NCBI GenBank assembly: GCA_965222315.1 | Contig: OZ244951.1 | Span: forward strand, 1,999,893-2,063,892 | Length of the DNA stretch: 64,000 nt | From: Alphaproteobacteria bacterium | Lineage (GTDB): Bacteria; Pseudomonadota; Alphaproteobacteria; Bin95 | Reading direction: 5' to 3' | Part shown: piece after piece, positions 50,265-60,875 of the stretch | Position numbering within the stretch: position 1 is the first letter of the stretch | Layout of the letters: every line of letters begins with the position of its first letter | The notes under the pieces: generated by a model | Database searches by the model: none | Seen by the model: the letters and a program-made list of their open reading frames with translations, nothing else | What the model was told of the DNA's origin: nothing | Program-made: the position numbers and the translations under genes

Positions 50265-51214
50265 TCACGCAGCCTGTGCCAGGCTAAGGGCGTTTTCGCG
50301 CGGCATTTTGCGGATGTGGCTGGCTTCGAACGCGCCGGGTAGCGCCGCCGCTATGTCGCCCGCCTCCAGGAGCTTTTCCAGGTCGATGCCGGTCTCGATG
50401 CCCATGCGCTCCATCAGGTAGACGATATCTTCGCTCGGGATATTGCCGGACGCTCCCGGCGCATAGGGGCACCCGCCCAGACCCGCTACCGACACGTCGA
50501 AACTGCGGAGCCCCGCTTCCATCCCGGCCAGGATGTTGGCGACTCCGAAGCCGGACGTGTCGTGGCCATGGAAGATGAAACTCGCGTCGCCGCTGAACTG
50601 GGCCAGAGCCTGGCCTGCAAGTGATTTAACGCTCATGGGCAGGGCCATGCCCGTTGTATCTGACAGGGCGAATTCCAGGCCGGAGCGGATTTTCAGCATC
50701 TTTCGATATTGGCGAGCACCACTTTCTCCGGCGTCAGCCCTTCGAACGGGCAGTGGAAGGAAGTGGCGAGGCCGATGCGCAAGGTCAGCTTTTGCTCCGG
50801 GTCGACCTCGGTCAGCAGATAGGCAAGGTCGGTGATCGACTCCGCTGTGGGGCGGCCGACATTGCTGTTGTTATGCCCGTCAGTCATGGAGATCACCATT
50901 TCCATATCGGTGATGCCATGGCTGGCGGCCCGGCGCGCGCCCTTGGAATTCGGGACCAGCACCATGCCTGTGACGCCCGGCATCGGCCCGAGGCCCTGGA
51001 CCACCTCGTCCATGTCCCGCATCTGGGGGATGGCCTTGGGGCTGACGAACGAGCCGATCTCCATCCGCTTGAAGCCCGCCGCGGCGAGCGCATGGATCAG
51101 GCGGATTTTCGTCTCGGTCGGCACGAACTGCTTGATGTTCTGCAAACCGTCCCGCGGTCCCACCTCGACGAGTTCGATCCGGTCCATGATTGCGCCTCGC
51201 TTGTCAAAATGCAT
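50265..51214 (-). pseudogene. Hydroxymethylglutaryl-CoA lyase, disrupted by a frameshift near codon 165
   Basis: The N-terminal half (ORF 50693-51214: LVEVGPRDGLQN...EIGSFVSPKAIPQM...PEKVVLANIERC*) and C-terminal half (ORF 50265-50699: MLKIRSGLEFALSDTTG...HGHDTSGFGVANI...VAGLGGCPYAPGASGN...) are contiguous HMG-CoA lyase sequence in two frames. On the minus strand, GAAAGA|TGCTGA is where a 1-nt gap would restore ...IER-xL-KIRSG. Confidence 0.6.
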
Positions 51215-51262
51215 GTGCCATGGTGTTTAGCGGAAACCGTTCCCTTTCGCCAACAGGACGTC

Positions 51263-52447
51263 ATGACTGATCATCTGTCCGGCCAATCATCCGGCCAGCC
51301 GCTTGCCGGTTACCGCGTCGTTGACCTCACCCGCGTGCTCTCCGGCCCGTTTCTGACACAGATCCTGGGTGATCTCGGTGCCGACGTCATCAAGATCGAG
51401 GCCGATGTGGGCGACTCAGTGCGCACCCAAGGGGACCTAGTCGATGGTTTCAGTTGGTATTTTGCGGGCTTCAACCGCAACAAACGTTCCATGGTCCTCA
51501 ACCCCAAGACGCCGGAAGGCAAGGAAACGCTGGAAGCCTTGGTCCGCACGGCAGATGTGCTGGTTGAGAATTTCCGGCCGGGCGTGATGGAGCGGTTGGG
51601 ATTCGGCCCGGCGCGGCTGGAGGAATTGCGTCCCGGTCTGATTACTTGCGCGGTCACGGGCTTCGGCGCGGATGGGCCTTACCGCGACCGCCCCGCTTTC
51701 GATTTTATCGCCCAGGCCATGAGCGGTTTCATGAGTTCAAACGGCAGAGAGGGCGATCCGCCGATGCGGTCCGGCCTGCCGATCAGCGATCTGGTGACGG
51801 GAATATATGGCGCGCTTGGCGTGACGGCGGCGCTCCTGCGCCGGGAGCGGAACCCGGGCGCAGGCGAGCATGTGGATGTTGCCCTGACCAACTCCATGAT
51901 CAGCCTGCTCGCTTATCTGGCGGGGAATTACTTTGCCAGTGGCCGGGTCACGCCGCGCTCCGGCAACGACCACCCCATTGCTGCCCCCTATGGCCTGTTC
52001 GAGACGGCTGACGTTCCCATCGCCGTTGCGCCGAACGACGATGTGTTCTTCGGCCGCCTGATGGATGCGCTCGACCTTTCGGAACTGAAAGACGATCCGG
52101 ATTTCGCCAGCAATCACCTGCGCGTCGCCAACCGCGAGCGGCTGAACAAGGCGGTGACCGGAAGGCTCGCCACCGCAGGCGCCGAGTATTGGATCGAGAA
52201 GATCAACGCTGGCGGCGTGCCATGCAGCCGGGTCAACGATGTAGCCGGTGTCTTTGCCGACCCGCAGGTGCAGTCCCAGCAAATGGAGTTGGACATCGAG
52301 CACCCGGCGCATGGAAACATGAAAGTGTTGGGCTTCCCCATGAAATTCCGCGAGGCCCCCTGTGTGATCCATACCCACCCGCCGGATTTGGGGGAGCACA
52401 CCGACGAGATTCTCACGGAGTTGGGACTAAAAAAAGGGCAGGGGTGA
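51263..52447 (+). CDS. CoA-transferase family III (CaiB/BaiF) protein
   Basis: 394 aa: LAGYRVVDLTRVLSGPFLTQILGDLGADVIKIE...NKRS and the catalytic Asp region (PISDLVTG). The ORF-track extension to 50654 is antisense overlap with the lyase gene. Confidence 0.8.
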   Translation: MTDHLSGQSSGQPLAGYRVVDLTRVLSGPFLTQILGDLGADVIKIEADVGDSVRTQGDLVDGFSWYFAGFNRNKRSMVLNPKTPEGKETLEALVRTADVLVENFRPGVMERLGFGPARLEELRPGLITCAVTGFGADGPYRDRPAFDFIAQAMSGFMSSNGREGDPPMRSGLPISDLVTGIYGALGVTAALLRRERNPGAGEHVDVALTNSMISLLAYLAGNYFASGRVTPRSGNDHPIAAPYGLFETADVPIAVAPNDDVFFGRLMDALDLSELKDDPDFASNHLRVANRERLNKAVTGRLATAGAEYWIEKINAGGVPCSRVNDVAGVFADPQVQSQQMELDIEHPAHGNMKVLGFPMKFREAPCVIHTHPPDLGEHTDEILTELGLKKGQG

Positions 52448-52466
52448 GAGGTTGGTAAACCATTAT

Positions 52467-52515
52467 CCGGCGTCATTGCTTCGCCTGGAAAAATCCGGGC
52501 GAAGCAATGACGCCG
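52467..52515. terminator. Long perfect hairpin (18-bp stem) between convergent CoA-transferase and SMP-30 genes: bidirectional terminator or REP-like element
   Basis: CCGGCGTCATTGCTTCGCC-TGGAAAAATCCG-GGCGAAGCAATGACGCCG read directly; a second small hairpin GGAGCGCGGCTCC follows. Confidence 0.5.
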
Positions 52516-52543
52516 TTAGGGTTGGGGAAGGAGCGCGGCTCCT

Positions 52544-53503
52544 TTAAAACTCCCAATGCACCAGCGGCGCGCCTTTGATCGGGGAGCGGAAGGTTTGGAT
52601 GCCGTCATGGGCGAGCGAGCCCATGTAAACCGTGTGCAGGTCCCGTCCGCCAAAGCCGATGCTCGCGATGTTGGCGAGCCGCCGCTTGCCGCCGATCTCG
52701 ATTATCTCCCGCACCGGTTCGCCGCGGTCGAAGGCGGCCTGCAACTCGGTTATTGCTGCCGGGTCGGCGTCCTCATAGACGATATTCTGCTTGCCGTTCC
52801 GGTCCACATGGATGATGCGGTTGCTTCCAACGCTGACCATCCAGATCCCGCCGTTGGCATCGAAGGTGAAGCCGTCCGGGAAGGTGCCTCCCGGATAATC
52901 CGCCACGGTTTCCTTCGGCCCGAGTGTGGCGTCGGCGTAGATCGCATAGCGGGAGGTGCATTGCCCCACGGTCTCGTTCACATAGATCCATTCACCGGTG
53001 GGGTCGACGATGGCCTCGTTGGTGAAGGCGATGCTATCGGCAACGACGCGGGTCGCGCCCCGGTCATGCACGGCGATGAAGCCATCAGCATGGCCCTTCT
53101 TGAAGGCCGGGTGACGCGGTAGTGCGCGGGTCGAGACCGAAATCCAGATGCGGCCCCTGGCGTCCAGCCCGACAAAGTTCACGGGCGGCAGAACCTCGCC
53201 ATCTGCCTCCGCTAAAAAAGGACTGGCCTGGCCGTCCGGTTTGATCCGCCACACGCCGCTGCTATCGGCCAGGTTTGCTGCCAGAACGTCCCGGCCCGGC
53301 AGCAGGGCGATTCCGTTCGGCATGAAATCCGCCGGCGCGCCGATGGCCTGTACAAAGCGGCTCTGACCGTCGGGCTTGACGATGTTGTAGCCACCCCGCC
53401 TGTCGGAGCAGAACAGGTCGCCTGACTTGGTAGCCAGAACGCATTCCGGTCGTTGCATGCCGCTGCCGATAGCGGTGATGTCGTCGGGAGATAGGGTGAA
53501 CAT
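52544..53503 (-). CDS. SMP-30/gluconolactonase/LRE family protein
   Basis: Six-bladed propeller SGL-family sequence in about 320 aa from MFTLSPDD. The N-terminal extension in the ORF track is rejected. Confidence 0.6.
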   Translation of the reverse strand: MFTLSPDDITAIGSGMQRPECVLATKSGDLFCSDRRGGYNIVKPDGQSRFVQAIGAPADFMPNGIALLPGRDVLAANLADSSGVWRIKPDGQASPFLAEADGEVLPPVNFVGLDARGRIWISVSTRALPRHPAFKKGHADGFIAVHDRGATRVVADSIAFTNEAIVDPTGEWIYVNETVGQCTSRYAIYADATLGPKETVADYPGGTFPDGFTFDANGGIWMVSVGSNRIIHVDRNGKQNIVYEDADPAAITELQAAFDRGEPVREIIEIGGKRRLANIASIGFGGRDLHTVYMGSLAHDGIQTFRSPIKGAPLVHWEF

Positions 53504-53605
53504 TGCCTTGTCCTTCAGTCGTCGGTGCGAAATGATCGCGTCATTGCCTCGCCCGAGTCTATGGCGAAGCCAAAAGATCACAACGTCCCCCTTGGAGGAA
53601 GCCAC

Positions 53606-54151
53606 ATGGCACGCGTTCCTGTCTTCAAATCGCCCGATGAACTGACCGGGGAGGCCCGCCGGATTGCCGAGAGGATCGTCGATACCCGCCGGTCGCTGGA
53701 AGGCCCGTTTTCGGTCTGGATGCACGCGCCAGAATGGGCCGAACGCGTCGCACACCTGGGCGCACTGGTCCGTTGGGAAGGCACGCTGGAGTTGCGTATC
53801 AGAACCCTGGCGGCTCTTGTCGTCGGCCGGCACCTCCAGGCCCAATACGTTTGGGGCATTCAGGGCGTCATTGGCGCGGAACGTGGCATACCCCGATCGA
53901 CCATCGACGCCATTCGCGACGATCATTCGGATGCTGTTCCGGCAGAGGATTTGCAGATCATCGACTTTGCCCGGCAATTGCTGCGCAACAACCGTGTTGA
54001 CGAACCGTTAGCGGCAGCCGTTATGGCGCGTTTGGGCGCTGACGAGTACGTGCAGTTGACCACCTGCATCGGCTATTACGCCATGCTGGCGATGACCGTG
54101 AATGGGGTCGAACTGGAGCCGAACCCGAAGCACGAAGCGCTCTCAGTTTAG
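53606..54151 (+). CDS. Carboxymuconolactone decarboxylase (CMD/AhpD-like) family protein
   Basis: 181 aa from MARVPVF. Two-repeat CMD architecture. Confidence 0.65.
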   Translation: MARVPVFKSPDELTGEARRIAERIVDTRRSLEGPFSVWMHAPEWAERVAHLGALVRWEGTLELRIRTLAALVVGRHLQAQYVWGIQGVIGAERGIPRSTIDAIRDDHSDAVPAEDLQIIDFARQLLRNNRVDEPLAAAVMARLGADEYVQLTTCIGYYAMLAMTVNGVELEPNPKHEALSV

Positions 54152-54173
54152 CGTAGCCGGATGCGCTATCCTT

Positions 54174-55565
54174 CTAAAGATGCAGGCCGCGGCCGAGCGC
54201 CATGAAGGCCGCTTCCTGGACGGCCTCACTGCGGGAGGGGTGCGCGTGAACCGTGCCGGCCAGGTCTTCCAGCGTCGCGCCCATTTCCAGCGCCAGGGCA
54301 AACTCTGCGGCCAGTTCGGCGACACCCTCGCCAACAGCCTGCATGCCGACCACCAGGTCATTGTCCGCTCTCGCGACCACGCGAACGAAGCCATCGTCGC
54401 GGCCAGTGGTCATGGCGCGGCCATTGGCGCGGAACGGGAAGGTGCCGGTGCTGACCTCAAGTCCCTGTTCGCTTGCCTCGTCCGGTGACAGGCCGGCGGT
54501 GACAATTTCCGGGTCGGTGAAGCAGATTGCTGGAATGCATTGCTTGTCCCATGCCCGCCGCTCGCCAGCCACGATCTCCGCCACCATTTCGCCCTGGGCC
54601 ATGGCGCGGTGGGCGAGCATGGGTTCGCCGGTCACGTCGCCGATGGCGTAGACGCCACGCATGGCGGTGCGGCATTGCTCGTCGATGCGTACTGCGCGTC
54701 CGTCCATCTCCAGCGCGATTTCTTCCAGGCCGCATCCGCCGGTTTGGGGGTGGCGGCCAATGGCGACCAAGACCTTATCTGCCGGCAGTCTGCTCTCCTC
54801 GCCATCGGCGCTTTCGACCAGCAACGAATCCCCAACCATGCGCCGGGCTTTCGCACCCAGCAGAACCTCCACACCCAAGGCTTTCAGCCTTTCGGCCACG
54901 GGCCGGCTGAGCGCAGCGTCGTATTGGGGCAGAATGCGGTTTTCTGCCTCTACCACGGTTACGTTCGCGCCGAGCTTCGCATAGGCCGTGCCGATTTCCA
55001 GGCCGATATAGCCGGCGCCCACGACGATAAGCTTGTCCGGCACGGTCGGCTGGGCAAGCGCCTCGGTTGAGGAGATCACCGGGCCGCCGAAGGGCAGGTC
55101 CGGCAGGGCGACGGTTTCGGAACCGGTTGCGATGACGATTGCCTCCGCCCGCACCGTCTGTTCGCCGGTGATGGTGGAAACCTGGACGGTTTTGCCGTCT
55201 TTAAAACGGGCACTTCCTTCGATGATCTTGACGCCCGCGCCCTTCAACAAGCCCGATACACCGCCGGTCAGACGGCGGACAATGCCGTCTTTCCAGCCCT
55301 GGGTCTTGGCGAATTCCAGGCTTGGCTTGCCGGCCGTGACGCCAGGCACGCCTGCGCCACCCGAGGCTTGGGTGGCCCGATGGAACTCCTCGGCCGCATG
55401 GATCAGCGCCTTGGAGGGAATGCAGCCGATGTTCAGGCAAGTGCCGCCCAGGCTGGCTTTTTCAACCAGAATGGTGTTCAGGCCCAATTGCCCCGCGCGG
55501 ATGGCGCAGACATAGCCGCCGGGGCCGCCGCCAATGACCAGCAGCTTGCAGGTGATTTCCGGCAT
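54174..55565 (-). CDS. lpdA: Dihydrolipoyl dehydrogenase (E3)
   Basis: FAD motif LLVIGGGPGGYVCAIRAGQLG, redox-active disulfide GGTCLNIGCIPSK, and the C-terminal HAHPSRSE dimerisation/active-site His. Confidence 0.85.
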   Translation of the reverse strand: MPEITCKLLVIGGGPGGYVCAIRAGQLGLNTILVEKASLGGTCLNIGCIPSKALIHAAEEFHRATQASGGAGVPGVTAGKPSLEFAKTQGWKDGIVRRLTGGVSGLLKGAGVKIIEGSARFKDGKTVQVSTITGEQTVRAEAIVIATGSETVALPDLPFGGPVISSTEALAQPTVPDKLIVVGAGYIGLEIGTAYAKLGANVTVVEAENRILPQYDAALSRPVAERLKALGVEVLLGAKARRMVGDSLLVESADGEESRLPADKVLVAIGRHPQTGGCGLEEIALEMDGRAVRIDEQCRTAMRGVYAIGDVTGEPMLAHRAMAQGEMVAEIVAGERRAWDKQCIPAICFTDPEIVTAGLSPDEASEQGLEVSTGTFPFRANGRAMTTGRDDGFVRVVARADNDLVVGMQAVGEGVAELAAEFALALEMGATLEDLAGTVHAHPSRSEAVQEAAFMALGRGLHL

Positions 55566-55569
55566 CGGC

Positions 55570-56867
55570 TCAATCCTCCACAAAGATCATGGCAGGGGTT
55601 TCCAACAAGCCTTTTAGCGTGTGGACGAATTGGGCAGCGTTCCAGCCATCGACAACCCGGTGATCAAAGCTGCAAGAAAGGTTCATCATCTTGCGAGGCT
55701 GGAACGCTGCGCCGTCCCACACGGGCCGGGTGGCGATCTTGTTGACGCCGACGATGGCCACCTCCGGATGGTTGATGACCGGCGTCGTCGCAATCGCGCC
55801 GAGCGGCCCCAGCGAGGTGATGGTGATGGTGGAGCCGGTCAGTTCATCACGGCTTGCCTGGCCGTTGCGCGCCGCTTCTGACACGCGGGCCAGTTCCGCC
55901 GCACAGTTCCAAATGTTTAGCGACTCGGCGTGGTGGATCACCGGCACCATCAGACCCGCATCGGTCTGGGTGGCGATGCCGATGTGCAGGCCGCCATGCT
56001 GATGGATGGTCTCTGTCTCCTCGTCATAGAGGGCGTTGACCTCTGGATGCCCGACAACGGCTTTCACCATGGCGCGCATCAGGAAGGGCAGGATGGTGAG
56101 CCGGGGGCGGTCGTCCCGCTTGGTCCGGTTCATGCTGGCGCGCAGTTCTTCCAGAGCGGAGACATCGATTTCTTCCACGATGGAGTAGTGCGGAATGCTG
56201 CGCTTGGAGAGCGCCATCTTGGCGGCGATGCGCCGGCGGAGGCCGACGACCTTGATTTCCCGGACGCTGGTATTGGCAGCGAGACCAGCACCTGCCCGTG
56301 TGCCCGGCCCCTGCTTGAAGAACGCTTCCAGGTCGGTATGAGTGATCCGTCCCGCAGGACCGGTGCCCGGTACCTGGCGCAGATCAACACCGCCGTCGCG
56401 CGCCCGTTTGCGAACAGCCGGCGACGCCAGGGGGCGTTGGCCCTCACCTCGGGGCGGGCCACTGCCGCGGCCTGGAGGCGGTAGAAGCGATGGCGGGGCG
56501 GAAGGCGAGGAGCGGGAAGGCTGAGCCGCCTCTTGGGGCTTGGGCGCTGCCTGTTCAGGTTCGGGTTCAGGCTCCGTTGGCGGGGAGGCTTCGAGCGGGC
56601 TTGCATCGGCGACGGCATTGCCCTCGCCCTCCACCTCCATGCGGATTAACTCAGCGCCGACGGCCAGGGTATCGCCGATAGCCCCGCCCAGGCGCAGAAC
56701 CTTGCCATCGGCGGGCGCGGGTATTTCAACCGTCGCCTTGTCGGTCATGACGGCGACCAGCACGTCGTCTTCCCGCACCAGGTCGCCTTCCTTGACGTGC
56801 CATTCGACCAGTTCAGCCTCGGCCACGCCCTCGCCGACGTCCGGCAGTTTGATGGAAAGCTCGCCCA

Positions 56868-56868
<1 letters not shown>
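55570..56868 (-). CDS. bkdB: Branched-chain alpha-keto acid dehydrogenase E2 (dihydrolipoamide acyltransferase)
   Basis: Lipoyl domain (IKLPDVGEGVAEAELVEWHVKEGDLV...VMTDKATVEIP), Pro/Ala-rich linker, subunit-binding domain, and catalytic domain with DHRVVDG. Confidence 0.8.
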
Positions 56869-57884
<1,016 letters not shown>

Positions 57885-57887
57885 GGC

Positions 57888-59138
<1,251 letters not shown>

Positions 59139-59246
59139 TCACAGCCTCGCGATGCTCAGGCGGATTCTGCGCAGGTGCGATGGCGGCCAAGTTTGTTCGC
59201 TGGCCTAGATGTGGGTGGCATACCGGCTTTTGACCAACGAAACCGG

Positions 59247-59597
59247 TTATGACCTAGGGCACGTTATCAAAGACGGCCGCCCTGCGCGCCTATTAAGCGG
59301 GGCAACCAGTGTCTGTCCATTCGCTACGCCGAGCGCCGCTAAGAGCTCGACTCGAAAATCGATCAGGAATGTCGATATCTTGCGAGGCGTAGGGCGTAGA
59401 CGTATGTGAGCGACGTTGACCCAAGCCTCGGCAGAAGCGATGGAATTCTTCGCCAGTCTGCGGCATCGGCCGAGCCAGGCGAAGGTGCGTTCCACAATCC
59501 AGCGATCCGGCCAGCGCGCGCCCTTCGCTCCGCCAATTACTCGTTCTTTTTCGGCCTCCATCAGCCGTTCAGCCGCAAAAGCCAGCATGTCGCGCAC
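59247..59597 (-). mobile_element. IS5/IS4-superfamily (DDE_Tnp_1) transposase C-terminal fragment (IS remnant)
   Basis: The ORF contains RWIVERTFAWLGRCRRLAKNSIASAEAWVNVAHIRL, the conserved C-terminal block of IS5-family transposases. Only about 40-60 aa are recognisable, with no catalytic N-terminal part. Confidence 0.55.
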
Positions 59598-59913
59598 TGA
59601 ATCAGCGTCCGCGCTGTTTTCTACAAGTTAAATCAGAGCCATCCTCTCGTCGGCCATTGGCATCTCCGGATCGGTTTCGAGCTTTGCGACAAGAACCTCT
59701 GCCGAAGATAGGCAATGATTGCCCACGCCGGCCTCCCTCTGTTACAGCGCTATGGGAGGCGTGCATGTGGACGGCGTTGCTGCCGCCTGCTGTTTACACC
59801 CCGCTATGGGACACGGCTGGAGGCACCTGCAGTGTGTTGTTGACTATCTCTGTCCAAGCCCTGAACCTGTTCGTGAAATGCACTTTCGCGCTTCAGGCAA
59901 GGAGGCCTACTTC

Positions 59914-60834
59914 ATGAACTCGGAATGGACGGTCTGGCTGAACGGTGAAATGGTTCCCGAAACCCAGGCGCGGGTGCCGTTTCGGGACCGCGGCTTCAAA
60001 TACGGCGACGCTGCTTTTGATACGACCCGCACCTTCGGCCACAAGATTTTCAAGCTGGAAGAGCACCTGGACCGCTTCTGGCGCTCCCTGAACTACCTCC
60101 AGATCGATCCCGGCATCAGCAAGGCCGCGCTGATCGAAGCGACGGAGCAGGTGGCGGAAGCGAACTTGAAAATGGTCGGCCAGGACGAGGACATCTGGCT
60201 GACCCAGCGCGTGACACGCGGCCTCGACCCCAGCGACCGCGAGCGTTGGCCCGGATACCCGGAGCGTACGGTGATCGTGGAGGCGTCTCCCCTGCCGCTC
60301 CGCCAGCGTTCGGAACTCTACCGCAAGGGCCTGAAGGTCATCACGCCCGCGACCCGGCGCACGCCGCCGGACTCGCTCAGCCCGCGCGCCAAGACACACA
60401 ACTACCTGAACCTGATCATGGGCGATTTGGAGGTGCAGGCGCAGGACCCGGATGCCATGGCGATCCTGCTGGACACTAACGGCAGCTTCTCGGAGGGCAA
60501 GGGTTCCAACATCTTCTTCGTGAAGGATGGCGCAATCCAGACACCGAAGGAACGCTACGTCCTGCCGGGCGTCAGCCGCGAGACAACGTTCGACCTCGCC
60601 CGCGCTGCCGGCCTGCGGGTGGAGGAAACCGATCTCGACATGTTTGACGCGCTCGGCAGCGCGGAGTCATTCATCACCTCGACCAGCTTTTGCATTTGCC
60701 CGGTGTCTAGCATCAACGGCGTCACCATTGGCGACGGCCAGGTGCCTGGACCGGTCACGAAGCAGCTGATCGACGCCTATGTCGATTTCGTTGGCTTCGA
60801 CTGGCACGAGCAATACTTGCGCGCCGGAAACTGA
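59914..60834 (+). CDS. Class IV aminotransferase (branched-chain amino acid / D-amino acid aminotransferase family)
   Basis: 306 aa from MNSEWTVWLNGEMVPETQARVPFRDRGFKYGDAAFDTTRTFGHKIF (fold-type IV N-terminus). GGAGG RBS 9 nt upstream. Confidence 0.75.
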   Translation: MNSEWTVWLNGEMVPETQARVPFRDRGFKYGDAAFDTTRTFGHKIFKLEEHLDRFWRSLNYLQIDPGISKAALIEATEQVAEANLKMVGQDEDIWLTQRVTRGLDPSDRERWPGYPERTVIVEASPLPLRQRSELYRKGLKVITPATRRTPPDSLSPRAKTHNYLNLIMGDLEVQAQDPDAMAILLDTNGSFSEGKGSNIFFVKDGAIQTPKERYVLPGVSRETTFDLARAAGLRVEETDLDMFDALGSAESFITSTSFCICPVSSINGVTIGDGQVPGPVTKQLIDAYVDFVGFDWHEQYLRAGN

Positions 60835-60875
60835 CCATCGTCTTAAACCCCCTCCGAACAGCGGGCAAGCCTTCC

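Noticed and set aside
50654-52447. 597-aa ORF suggesting a much longer CoA-transferase
   Set aside because: The first ~200 codons are antisense to the HMG-CoA lyase gene and carry no CoA-transferase homology. Homology begins at MTDHLSG (51263).
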